From Sulfurospirillaceae bacterium (GTDB lineage: Bacteria; Campylobacterota; Campylobacteria; Campylobacterales; Sulfurospirillaceae): a stretch of DNA of 64,000 nucleotides. Location of the stretch: NCBI GenBank assembly GCA_033723415.1, contig JAWVXD010000010.1, forward strand, positions 1-64,000, read 5' to 3'. The translations under genes and the position numbers were made by a program. Positions within the stretch are counted from its first letter, which is position 1; each line of letters opens with the position of its first letter. The notes below the pieces were generated by a model. The model was not told the origin of the DNA. It worked only from the letters and a program-made list of their open reading frames with translations, and did not search any database. Below, in pieces: positions 35,765-45,357 of this stretch.

Positions 35765-36907
35765 TTAAAGTGGATTATGAGGATAATCGGGGTCACGCTC
35801 TTGAAATGATAAGATCAAAGGATTTTGAATCACACCGCTATTGATACAAATCGCTCTTCGTATCGTCTCGTTTAGACTCCAACTTTCCCTACCCTCAAGC
35901 ACAGTTTTCATGTACACGATCAAAGCTGCCGATATAGATCTTGTTGCGCTTTCCCATAGATAACTTGGAGTGTGATCCACAGCGTAGTAATCAACCGTTT
36001 TGTATTTGAACATCGGGTCCTCAAAAGTTGTAGGTTTTGCAAAAAAGAAACCCATCCCCTCATCACAACTCACATCAATGATCAAGCTGTTTGGCTTCAG
36101 ACATGAGCTCTCTTCTTCAATTACATAATTCATAGGATTTTGCGTTTCTTGAAAGGTTCCGTTCACTATGATATCTGATTCACTTATTAAATCAACAAGC
36201 GCTCTTGTAGCTCCGTCGTGTTCCACTATCAACATGCGCGCCTCACCCTCGCCGCCTTCTACGATCTTGACATAGTGACAATCGAGCACTTCTTCACGCA
36301 CTTCATGATCTGGTCTTTGGATACAGATAGTAATATCTCTAAATCCATGTGCTTTAAGAGCATATATCGCACCTCTGCTAACTGCACCAAAACTAAAAAT
36401 AATCACCTTGCGCTGATTACCGTAATGCCCATCGATTCCTTTTAACTGCAAAGCATGAAGTACGGCACAATAACCTGCCATTTCGTTATTTTTATAAAAT
36501 GTATGACGACCTATACATCCCTCAGGTGACCAAACGAACATATCTTCAAAAGCGATAAGCGTAAGTTTTCGATCGATCGCTGCTTGAGTGATATCTCTTT
36601 GTTGTACACAATGCACATATCCCCATAAAATCCCACCTTCTTTAAGCTCTAACAGATCTGATAGTATTGGCTTAGTGATGATCACATTACCGATGTCTGC
36701 GAGTATCTCATGTCGCGAGGCAATACCACCGCTTTGAGCTGCAATATCAGTATCAGAGATACCAAACGGCGCGCCGTATCCCTCTTCAAATATAAGTTTA
36801 GAGCGAATCTCTTCCGGAATACGGGAGAGATGCTCCGGATGAATCGGCAAACGTCTTTCATCCTCTTTTTTTGAAGTCCCGATGACGCCTACTCTAAAAT
36901 TATTCAT
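35765..36907 (-). CDS. N5-(carboxyethyl)ornithine synthase-like protein (AlaDH/PNT family)
   Basis: KEDERRLPIHP, EEGYG, NNEMAGYC, DVSCD and YAVDHTP motifs. Confidence 0.78.
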   Translation of the reverse strand: MNNFRVGVIGTSKKEDERRLPIHPEHLSRIPEEIRSKLIFEEGYGAPFGISDTDIAAQSGGIASRHEILADIGNVIITKPILSDLLELKEGGILWGYVHCVQQRDITQAAIDRKLTLIAFEDMFVWSPEGCIGRHTFYKNNEMAGYCAVLHALQLKGIDGHYGNQRKVIIFSFGAVSRGAIYALKAHGFRDITICIQRPDHEVREEVLDCHYVKIVEGGEGEARMLIVEHDGATRALVDLISESDIIVNGTFQETQNPMNYVIEEESSCLKPNSLIIDVSCDEGMGFFFAKPTTFEDPMFKYKTVDYYAVDHTPSYLWESATRSISAALIVYMKTVLEGRESWSLNETIRRAICINSGVIQNPLILSFQERDPDYPHNPL

Positions 36908-37192
36908 GTGTTTCCTTTTTGTTTATACGTGACTTCAAATGCGAGTTAAGATTCGCCAACAGGCTGCTTTTTAGTGACTGTAGACTAGGTAGAATAGAAA
37001 CTTTTTAGTTGTAATATGTTTATTTTTGCTTTTAGGAGATCGAGAAAACGATATTATAATAAAGCGTAAGTATCACGTTGTTATATTCATTATAGCTGAA
37101 TTTATGAGTAATTGTGCAAATGCTTGGCTTTCAAATGATTTGCTTGTCGTTATTGTGCCAAAGGAATCAAGCAGAAGGATCCTTTTGATTCA

Positions 37193-37603
37193 TTAATTTA
37201 TATTGAGAATCGCATAAATCAAAAAGAGGAAACCTCCCCCATAGATAATCGAAAAAGAGATGATGCCAAAGATAGTTTGTATCAAAGATATTTCTTTACG
37301 CCCAAAACATTTTGCCATTTGCAACGCTTCTTTTCGGCTTGTAATTTTTGTAATCAATTTGCCGGGATATCTTTGCGACAAATCAATTCTGGCGATGATT
37401 TGATCATGATAAAAAGAAACTTCTGGGTATTTCTCTGCAAACCCATCCACAACTGATGCTCGTAGATGATGAAGTTCATCTTGTACCTCTGCATCAGCTG
37501 TGTTTGCGTATTTTTCACATTTTTTGAGATAGATGTTTTCTATCTCAACCACTAATTCTTCAGGCCAATTAGGCTGCGTGCTTTTCACTTGGTTAATGTG
37601 CAT
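37193..37603 (-). CDS. hypothetical protein with C-terminal TM helix
   Basis: 136-aa ORF abutting the upstream gene. Confidence 0.55.
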   Translation of the reverse strand: MHINQVKSTQPNWPEELVVEIENIYLKKCEKYANTADAEVQDELHHLRASVVDGFAEKYPEVSFYHDQIIARIDLSQRYPGKLITKITSRKEALQMAKCFGRKEISLIQTIFGIISFSIIYGGGFLFLIYAILNIN

Positions 37604-37951
37604 TTATTTGTGGTATATGATACCGATGTTTGCAAGATACATCCAAATAGCGACGCCCACTATGATGAAACTCCAATATTGAAGCGGGATCCAAAACATC
37701 GAATGTGTTGTTTTTAACTCAACCATTTCATTGTTTTTTGGGTCTATTAAAACTCTTCCCTGTCGGTTGTTGAGTTTATACCCAACAAAATAAACAAGCA
37801 ACGCCGACAAAACCAAGACCAAAGGCATACCCCAAGCACTTGCTTTGTAAAAACCCGCACCCAATACGACATTAAACCCCTCTTCTATGAGCAATGAACA
37901 CAACAATGGGATAATGAGAGCCAAAATACCCCAACCCTTCCAAATAATCAT
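37604..37951 (-). CDS. hypothetical membrane protein
   Basis: MIIWKGWG...HSMFWIPLQYW, three TMs, AAGGA RBS. Confidence 0.7.
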   Translation of the reverse strand: MIIWKGWGILALIIPLLCSLLIEEGFNVVLGAGFYKASAWGMPLVLVLSALLVYFVGYKLNNRQGRVLIDPKNNEMVELKTTHSMFWIPLQYWSFIIVGVAIWMYLANIGIIYHK

Positions 37952-38145
37952 GACGTATCCTTCGTACTGTTATTCGCAGTTATTTTTCGGTAAATATTAT
38001 ATATAAATAATTCTTAACGATTTCTCTTTTAAATAGAATTTCGATGTAACCTTCAAGATATTTAACAACTCTACCTAATACTATAACCTTTTCATCAGAA
38101 ACACTACAGTGCAAGATCCCAGATTTATACGCAGATAGAGCAAGA

Positions 38146-38251
38146 AGTATCGGCTTGGTGATGGTCCCTTTACTGTCGTCGGTTAGTATCTCATGTCGTG
38201 ATGCAATACCGTCCTTCTAAGTTGCAATTTCATCATTAGAGATACCAAATG
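38146..38251 (-). pseudogene. degenerate fragment homologous to the 5' part of the CEOS-like gene
   Basis: Gap-free 106-nt alignment to 36663-36768; FGISNDEIAT*KDGIASRHEIL...ITKPIL contains an in-frame stop. Confidence 0.8.
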
Positions 38252-38332
38252 TGAGTAGGTATTAAGATGATATTTCCATTCTCGTACCAAGATGAGAAGA
38301 AAAAGCAACTTACCCATTTCTTATTTGTTATT

Positions 38333-38351
38333 AATAATGATTATCATTGAT
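38333..38351. promoter_or_regulatory. Fur box upstream of flavodoxin
   Basis: AATAATGATTATCATTGAT; reverse complement matches GATAATGATAATCATTATC at 15/19. Confidence 0.75.
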
Positions 38352-38411
38352 ATTTGTTTAAGCAGTAATGTTATATATATGAGTAAATTTGAATTAAAGA
38401 AAGGAGACATT

Positions 38412-38912
38412 ATGGCAACAGCAATATTTTATGCAACTGATACAGGACACACTGAAGATGTAGCTAAGAAAATAGCAAAAAAGTTAGATAACATTGAAAT
38501 ATTTGATATCTCAGTCACCTCAATCAAAAATATAAAAGAGTATGATAAATTAATATTTGGTATTTCAACTTGGGGAGAAGGTGATCTTCAAGAGGATTGG
38601 GAAGATATTATTGATGAATTTAGCAAGATTGACTTGAACGGCACAACAGTAGCATTGTTTGGACTTGGGGATCAAGACAGTTATGGCGATACTTTCGTTG
38701 ATGCCATGGGGACACTATATGAGAAAGTATTAGCGATGGGAGCTACGGTCATCGGTGCATTTGATATAGACAGTGATTATGAATATGAAAGTTCAACGGC
38801 TGTCGTTGATGGAAAATTTGTTGGTTTGGCGTTAGATGAAGACAATCAAGAAGAGTTGAGCGACAAAAGGATTGACCTCTGGATCGCCCAAATAAAAGAT
38901 CAAATTTTATAG
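38412..38912 (+). CDS. fldA: long-chain flavodoxin
   Basis: YATDTGHT, STWGEG, GLGDQ and GLALDEDNQ motifs; start reassigned by AAGGAG RBS. Confidence 0.92.
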   Translation: MATAIFYATDTGHTEDVAKKIAKKLDNIEIFDISVTSIKNIKEYDKLIFGISTWGEGDLQEDWEDIIDEFSKIDLNGTTVALFGLGDQDSYGDTFVDAMGTLYEKVLAMGATVIGAFDIDSDYEYESSTAVVDGKFVGLALDEDNQEELSDKRIDLWIAQIKDQIL

Positions 38913-38926
38913 AAATTTTTCAGTGA

Positions 38927-38952
38927 GACAAGGAGAACCTCATCTCCTTGTC
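38927..38952. terminator. hairpin between convergent fldA and sodB
   Basis: 10-bp stem GACAAGGAGA/TCTCCTTGTC. Confidence 0.65.
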
Positions 38953-38970
38953 CATTACTTGGAAATCGGT

Positions 38971-39558
38971 TTACTTTTTCGCATCTGAGAGATTATCTGA
39001 AACAAATTTCCAGTTTATAATCTGCCACCAGTTTTCAAGATAATCGGCTCTTGCGTTACGATAATCTACATAATATGCATGCTCCCAAACATCACATGTC
39101 AGCAAAGGCGTCTCATCATGATGTAGAGGATTATCTGCGTTTGAAAACTGCTCTATGGCAAGTTTCCCTTCTTTGTTCAACACGAGCCAAACCCATCCTG
39201 AGCCGAAAAGTGCCGCAGCTTTAGCTAAAAATGATTTTTTTAAATCTTCCATTGAACCAAAATCACGTTTTACTAAATCAGCCAATTTCGTAGAAACATC
39301 GCTTGGTATCGGACTAAGTCCATACCAATAAAAATTGTGATTATATACCTGAGCGGCATTGTTAAAAATTCCGCCGGTAGCATTTTGAACAATATCTTCA
39401 AGTGATTTGTTTGCAAATTCTGTACCCTCGATCAAGGCATTGAGCTTGTTAACATATCCGGCATGATGTTTGCCGTAGTGATAAGATATAGTTTCAGACG
39501 ATATATTAGGTTCTAACGCTGTTTCCTTATAAGGTAACTTCATCAATTCAAACTTCAT
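38971..39558 (-). CDS. sodB: iron superoxide dismutase
   Basis: HYGKHH, FNNAAQVYNH (Fe-type) and DVWEHAYY motifs; start reassigned. Confidence 0.93.
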   Translation of the reverse strand: MKFELMKLPYKETALEPNISSETISYHYGKHHAGYVNKLNALIEGTEFANKSLEDIVQNATGGIFNNAAQVYNHNFYWYGLSPIPSDVSTKLADLVKRDFGSMEDLKKSFLAKAAALFGSGWVWLVLNKEGKLAIEQFSNADNPLHHDETPLLTCDVWEHAYYVDYRNARADYLENWWQIINWKFVSDNLSDAKK

Positions 39559-39810
39559 TTTAAACTCCTTTGCATTTAATGTCTTATTATTCATCCTAAC
39601 TGAAAAAATCTGAGAAGTTACAAAAGATAATAGATTAATTTATATATTACAAAAATCAAATATGATAACTCTTCAGAATTTTGTCAAACTTAATATACAT
39701 CGCTTTAATTATCATATGTCTACTTAACTAAATGACCATGGCAGTATAATTTCTTATAAATATTTTTTCAGCAAACACATCTAGAGTTTTTTTTATTCTA
39801 CGTAACCTAG

Positions 39811-40128
39811 TTACATACAATAATCCCGTTCTACTCTGGAGATTCTTGTTTTGAACGATGAATACCACATCTTATGCCCTAGCTTTTGTGCTTCTAAATG
39901 TGCTATGTTGGCTTTCCAATTTTTGATAGATTCAAGGTCTTTCCAATAAGAAACGGTAATTCCGACATCTGCCCTCGCAGACTCGATCCCTAGAAATCCA
40001 GGTTGCCTCAGAGCAAGTTGTACCATTTTGGCGGCCATCTTGTTGTACCCATTATCACCATATGTACGAATTGAAGTAAAAATCACTGCATAATACGGTG
40101 GTTCTGGAGTTGGAGCTATTAGTGACAT
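39811..40128 (-). CDS. antibiotic biosynthesis monooxygenase (ABM) family protein
   Basis: PPYYAVIFTS, QPGFLG and ITVSYW motifs. Confidence 0.85.
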   Translation of the reverse strand: MSLIAPTPEPPYYAVIFTSIRTYGDNGYNKMAAKMVQLALRQPGFLGIESARADVGITVSYWKDLESIKNWKANIAHLEAQKLGHKMWYSSFKTRISRVERDYCM

Positions 40129-40315
40129 AGGAACTCCTTTTCCTGTTTTTATAATTTACTTGATGATTATTTTAACTCATTTTTTGCGAAATATCAATCT
40201 TAACTTATAAATTACATAAAAAAATAAGATAAATCAATACTTTCAGAAACCAACTCTTACCAGTATTTTAATTTTTTAATGCTAATATCACATACATAAA
40301 ACCTGAAGGAACTCA

Positions 40316-40810
40316 ATGCAATATGACATGACAAAAATAGCCAATGTGATTCTATATATGCTACACAAGCAAGTCAAACACCTCAATGATAAAAAACTTT
40401 CCATCATGCTTTTTTTGATAGACTACAATCACCTAAAATATTGTGGAGATAAGATATTTGGTGATGAATATATCAAAAATACGAGACATCCTGAACCAAA
40501 GATACTCAGTGAACTTTTTGATATCATAGCAAACGAAGAAGATTTGGCAGAAGATGACGAGAGACTATATCTGATCCAAGAGTTATTGGACTATCTGGAT
40601 ATAGAAGTGGTAGATAAAGATAGATTTGTAGAACTTAAATTTATAAAAATGGACGAAGAATTCGATGACACTCTTTTTTCAAAAGATGAGTTGAAGACCA
40701 TACATAAAATCGTAAGTGAACATCTTGATTCTAGTCCTAGAAATACTGCAAATGCTTGTTTTCAGATAGAAGAAGTAAGAAAAGCTGAACAAGGAGATGT
40801 GATAATTTAA
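40316..40810 (+). CDS. Panacea/SocA (DUF4065)-like antitoxin-domain protein
   Basis: KL..MLFLID.....G..I.GD.Y......P.P pattern; divergent from consensus. Confidence 0.6.
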   Translation: MQYDMTKIANVILYMLHKQVKHLNDKKLSIMLFLIDYNHLKYCGDKIFGDEYIKNTRHPEPKILSELFDIIANEEDLAEDDERLYLIQELLDYLDIEVVDKDRFVELKFIKMDEEFDDTLFSKDELKTIHKIVSEHLDSSPRNTANACFQIEEVRKAEQGDVII

Positions 40811-40931
40811 TCACATCTCTACTCAAAATAACATTTTTCTGCATTTATACTACCTTTTTTACCCTTTTTATGACATTCTAAAAACAACTATTTTGTGATA
40901 TAATCAGTTATAACACATAAAGGAGGAGAGA

Positions 40932-41801
40932 ATGCTACAAGATATTTTTGCCAAGAAACATATCGTATGGGTGCGACTGATGTATGCAAGTATCATAGCA
41001 AAAAACAGTGAGAGCGTCAGGATGTTTGAAAGCTTCGAATCAACAGAATTTAAACATTTAAAATGGTTGGCAGGAACTATCATGGAAGAGTATCGTGATT
41101 TTGATTATGAAAATGCTACAGAAGATACCGTCCTAGCTAAAACTTTTGATTTTGATCGGGAAATTCCGGCTATAGAGCATGATTTTAATGAACTTATAAA
41201 AACGATCACGGATGAGCTCAAAATACTCTCTGAATCGTATGAAAAAGATTTTAAATATCGTGAGCGATTTGCGAGTGATGAATCATACTTTATACACAGA
41301 ATTGAGAAGATGCAAAATGGCATAGGTTTTGAATCTTTTGACTCCTTTGGAGCTACGGCTGAGGATATTGCCAAAAGATACAATATACAAAACGATGATG
41401 CAGCCTATGTCAAAGAAACTCTTGGGAAACTTCTAGACAAAGAATATAAAAACGTTTTGAGCTTTTTTTATATCATCACGCATTTAGAAAACAAAAAATA
41501 CACAGATCCTTTGAGCGATCTTATGTATGAGTCGATATCACATATGAAATATTATGCGATACTGATGTCTTCTCTTGGTATTTTGAGGTTGCCAAATATT
41601 GCGCCAAAGGCGGATTATATGATCGGTGATTTGGTTGAATTTTTAAACAAAAATATACAAGAAGAGATTGAAGAAGTGACACAAATGGAACAAATTGTGT
41701 CAAAAACCAAGGTCGATGAATTTAAAAAATTACTTCAATTCATACAAAAACAAGAAGAACATCATGTATTGATATTGCAGTACATACGAAGAAATCTTTA
41801 G
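40932..41801 (+). CDS. ferritin-like domain protein
   Basis: Helical protein with ExxH motifs (EFKH, EEHH) and a related ESISH; AGGAG RBS. Confidence 0.6.
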   Translation: MLQDIFAKKHIVWVRLMYASIIAKNSESVRMFESFESTEFKHLKWLAGTIMEEYRDFDYENATEDTVLAKTFDFDREIPAIEHDFNELIKTITDELKILSESYEKDFKYRERFASDESYFIHRIEKMQNGIGFESFDSFGATAEDIAKRYNIQNDDAAYVKETLGKLLDKEYKNVLSFFYIITHLENKKYTDPLSDLMYESISHMKYYAILMSSLGILRLPNIAPKADYMIGDLVEFLNKNIQEEIEEVTQMEQIVSKTKVDEFKKLLQFIQKQEEHHVLILQYIRRNL

Positions 41802-41867
41802 TTTCACGATAGATCACAGAAGCTTCTTTTCTGGGGAGGGGAGAAGTAAAAATTTCTAATTGAGATA

Positions 41868-42362
41868 TTATTTCAAAGAGTATTCAAATCTCTGTTCCTT
41901 AACTTCTGTTCCCCATTGACTTCCTCTTTGCTCGAAAACAAGCTTGAACCCTGCTCTTTCATACAGATGCCTTGCAGCAGGAAGCCCTTCAAATGTCCAT
42001 AAATATATCTTGTCATATTCTTTACTTTTACAAAAACCAATAACCGTCTCAATCAACTGTTTACCTACACCTCTGCCTCGTAATGCATCAGATACTATAA
42101 ACCATCGCAAATGCGCCCCTTTGCTTTTGCTATGAATTCCATCTAACGTTATCGTACCTTCAACACGCCCATCTACCGATACAGTCCAAAAGCCATCTCG
42201 ATTTTCGTCATATCTTTTTAAAAATTCAGCAAGTTCTCCTGCCACTTTGGCTTCAAAAAAGAGTCCGAATCCCCAATGTTCATGGTAGTATGAACCATGA
42301 AGTTCAACAACTCTACCCATGGAACCCGGGACATAACCTTTGACTATCTTGATCTCTGACAT
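41868..42362 (-). CDS. GNAT acetyltransferase
   Basis: LRWF, RGRGVG and AARHLYERAGF motifs. Confidence 0.88.
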   Translation of the reverse strand: MSEIKIVKGYVPGSMGRVVELHGSYYHEHWGFGLFFEAKVAGELAEFLKRYDENRDGFWTVSVDGRVEGTITLDGIHSKSKGAHLRWFIVSDALRGRGVGKQLIETVIGFCKSKEYDKIYLWTFEGLPAARHLYERAGFKLVFEQRGSQWGTEVKEQRFEYSLK

Positions 42363-42472
42363 ACAAACCTCCGTGTTTTCACATGAGCTGTAATTTTACA
42401 GTATTTTTATAAATTTTATATCGCTTAAAAGCTGTTTTAACTTAACTAATAGTAAAATATCTCTATCCTATC

Positions 42473-43225
42473 ATGAGAGACACAATGCGATTAACACAAA
42501 CTCAGATCAATGAATTTGATAAATCAGGATTTATCATACTTAGAAATTTCGCAGATTCAAAACTATGCGATGCTATGCTTCTAAAAGCCAAAGAGCATTT
42601 GGAAAACAAAACAGCTCCAATCGAAAGTGAGCAAGAATATCTGCAAAAAGACGATTCAAAGATAACAGTGCGAAGATTGAGGCAAGTTTACAACAGAGAA
42701 GAGATATTTCAAACATGGATGAAAAATCCGCAGATCAGAGATATCTTGAGAGAACTTTTGCACGATACTCCTGTATTGACGCTCGCACATCACAACTCTA
42801 TCATGACCAAAATGCCAAAAGAGAGCTCACGAACATTTTGGCATCAAGATGCCAGATACTGGAGTTATGAAAACGATAATCTCATCTCAGTCTGGCTGGC
42901 ACTGGGTGATGAATATCTAGACAACGGTCTTTTAGAATTTATCCCGGGATCGCATAAGATGACCTTCGCTAAAGATCAGTTTGACGCACAAAGTAATTTT
43001 ATAGACGAACACCCTGAAAATCAAAAATTGATCCAGACCAAAGTACACTCAAATCTATCCAAAGGCGATGTCGTACTGTTTCACTGCAAAACACTGCATC
43101 ATGCCAACAAAAATATAACGAATGAGCCAAAGATATCATTTGTTTATACGACCAGAGGACTTCACAACAAACCCATCAAGAACACTCGAAGTGACTTTGA
43201 TGAAGTAATATTAGACGAATGCTAG
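42473..43225 (+). CDS. phytanoyl-CoA dioxygenase (PhyH) family Fe/2OG enzyme
   Basis: WHQD, VWLAL, NG.L.FIPGSH and distal His motifs. Confidence 0.88.
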   Translation: MRDTMRLTQTQINEFDKSGFIILRNFADSKLCDAMLLKAKEHLENKTAPIESEQEYLQKDDSKITVRRLRQVYNREEIFQTWMKNPQIRDILRELLHDTPVLTLAHHNSIMTKMPKESSRTFWHQDARYWSYENDNLISVWLALGDEYLDNGLLEFIPGSHKMTFAKDQFDAQSNFIDEHPENQKLIQTKVHSNLSKGDVVLFHCKTLHHANKNITNEPKISFVYTTRGLHNKPIKNTRSDFDEVILDEC

Positions 43226-43238
43226 AGAACCCTTAACC

Positions 43239-43727
43239 CTATGTAACGCCTGAGTAATCTCTAAGTGCATTTCTTGAAGCTCTATCTACGAGTGTAAAAA
43301 ACTTATCAATATCATCTTTGTCATCTTTTGGCTTATGCCCTTTGACTTTCATAAATCGGCATTTTAACGTATCCGTGATCTTATAAAATTCACGGTAGAG
43401 TTCGTGATTTGCTATCTTTTTATTTTTAGATGTCATATAATCATGAGCTTCAAGTTTTTCTCGTCTGGCGTGTAAGCCTAAGATATTTTGGCAGTCTGTA
43501 AAAACTACCAATGCTCCGACTTGAGGATGAATCTCTTTTAGAGCCCACAATAATGTCTCGATCTCAAGTTTTGTAGAGGATGTGACTTCAAACTTTTTGA
43601 TTTTTATATTTTGTTTCAAAGATATATCATAATCATCATCTTCGCTTACAAGTAAATACGCCCCAAAGCCTATGTTCTTGCGTGGATCAACACTACCGTC
43701 GGTAAATAAAAATTGCTTTTGTTTCAT
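43239..43727 (-). CDS. RNase HI family protein
   Basis: FTDGS, E, TD, KVKGH and final D catalytic pattern. Confidence 0.82.
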   Translation of the reverse strand: MKQKQFLFTDGSVDPRKNIGFGAYLLVSEDDDYDISLKQNIKIKKFEVTSSTKLEIETLLWALKEIHPQVGALVVFTDCQNILGLHARREKLEAHDYMTSKNKKIANHELYREFYKITDTLKCRFMKVKGHKPKDDKDDIDKFFTLVDRASRNALRDYSGVT

Positions 43728-43780
43728 CGGATAAGTATATCATATACTTATCCGATTTTTTTACTGTATCTTTTTCTAAT

Positions 43781-44095
43781 TTAATCTATAGTTTCATAAA
43801 CTTCGACTTCAGGACGACCGCTAAACCAATCTCTTGGCGGCATATTTTCATGTGATTTTGAGAAAGCATCACTTTTTGTATAATCTAAAAAACTTTTCAT
43901 ATCGTTCCAAGTCGTCTTTATAGTAAAATTGTTAGCTTCAGAAACATGAGGCATATGTTGTGGAGCTAAAAGCTTCATATCTATGAAACCAGGTTGTTCT
44001 TCAACTTGATGTTTTGTTACTGCATCTTTGATATGAACAGAATATTGCTCATTAAACTCTAGTTTGATTGGAAATTTTGTTAAAACTATTACCAT
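43781..44095 (-). CDS. ABM family protein, IsdG/Hmo heme-monooxygenase-like
   Basis: QPGF...TTW...F...TKSDAFSKSH; start reassigned by AAGGA RBS. Confidence 0.7.
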   Translation of the reverse strand: MVIVLTKFPIKLEFNEQYSVHIKDAVTKHQVEEQPGFIDMKLLAPQHMPHVSEANNFTIKTTWNDMKSFLDYTKSDAFSKSHENMPPRDWFSGRPEVEVYETID

Positions 44096-44238
44096 TTTAA
44101 TCCTTTTGTAAAATATGATAGATCCGACCATACGTCCTATCAAAAAAAATTATAACCAAGTACTTCAAATGGATCATAAATCAATGCAAATTAAACATAA
44201 TTATCCTACAATTTCATTCAGAAGATTAGAGGATTATT

Positions 44239-44688
44239 ATGAATTGGTTATTATACACGCACCTTATCGCGGCTATGGCATGGATCGGTGGTTCGATCTT
44301 TATGTTTGCTTTGGGGTTATCCCTTAAAGATAAAGAAAAACAACAAGCAGTATATCCTGTCATCGGACCTATCTTTGGATATTTTGAGATGGCATCACTT
44401 TTTGTTTTGATCGTAACCGGAGCTTGGATAGCATATGACGCAGGATTGCTTGCTTCTTTATTCCAGGGAAGTCATAGCAAGATAGTAGATATCTTAAGAA
44501 CAAAACTATGGATAGTTTTTGCGATTCTCATCGCATCAGTTCTTCATTTCTACATCGCACTTAAAACCAACACATCACAAAGAAGTAAGCTGGAAAATCT
44601 CATATCCCGCGGTTCGTCTTTGCTTATTTTCTTTTTGAATCTAGCTGTGGTTTATTTTGCTATACTGATTAGAACTATCATTAATTAA
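44239..44688 (+). CDS. membrane protein, CopD/DUF4149-like
   Basis: HLIAAMAWIGG motif, four TMs. Confidence 0.65.
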   Translation: MNWLLYTHLIAAMAWIGGSIFMFALGLSLKDKEKQQAVYPVIGPIFGYFEMASLFVLIVTGAWIAYDAGLLASLFQGSHSKIVDILRTKLWIVFAILIASVLHFYIALKTNTSQRSKLENLISRGSSLLIFFLNLAVVYFAILIRTIIN

Positions 44689-44719
44689 ACAAATACTGAA
44701 ATGCCGCATACAGTTTAGC

Positions 44720-45211
44720 TTAGGTCAGTACGTAAAATTTACTATCGACTTCCATAACAGGAAAAGAATCAGGTAGTTGTGATCTTTCGATCTCGACAAA
44801 ACCTTTGTTTGTATAAAATCTTTGAGCAGCGTGCATCTTCTTTGTAGTACCAAGATATATATTTTGTACCGATCTTTCTTTTGACCAAGCTAACAATGAA
44901 TCTATGAGTTTGTGAGCTGTTCCTGTTTCCTTGCCTCTATAATCTTTATGAACAAACATCTTACGCAAGGCCGCTTCCTGATTTCCTATGTCGATAAGAG
45001 CAATCGATCCTACTACTTCATCATTGTGAAGTGCAATCCAAAAATTGCCGTTGCCTTGCTGATAAAAATTTTCTATATCAAACAGATCAGGCTGATCTTC
45101 TGCCGATATCGGGAGATTAAATTCGTTTTGTTGTATATTAACGATCATCGATATCAATTTATCTCTAAGATCAGCTGTAAATGGTGTAACGATAACAGTC
45201 TCTTTATCCAT
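44720..45211 (-). CDS. GNAT acetyltransferase
   Basis: LRKMFVHKDYRG and AAQRFY..KGF motifs. Confidence 0.88.
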   Translation of the reverse strand: MDKETVIVTPFTADLRDKLISMIVNIQQNEFNLPISAEDQPDLFDIENFYQQGNGNFWIALHNDEVVGSIALIDIGNQEAALRKMFVHKDYRGKETGTAHKLIDSLLAWSKERSVQNIYLGTTKKMHAAQRFYTNKGFVEIERSQLPDSFPVMEVDSKFYVLT

Positions 45212-45357
45212 ATTAAAAGCTCCTCATCTCAAAATAATTTCAATAAAAAGTTGAAATTATAATAATAAATTGCTTAAAATTTTAAGAAAATGAGAGTAAA
45301 TCTCAGATGCCTTGCATATCATTCAAAAGATAAAACTATATCAAAACTTAGCTCGGA

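Noticed and set aside
38040..38145. Open minus-strand frame reading SDEKVIVLGRVVKY, faintly like an S24/LexA C-terminus
   Set aside because: Too short, with no start codon or catalytic motifs
44171..44184. Possible Crp/Fnr (NssR) box
   Set aside because: Only one TTGAT half-site is correctly placed
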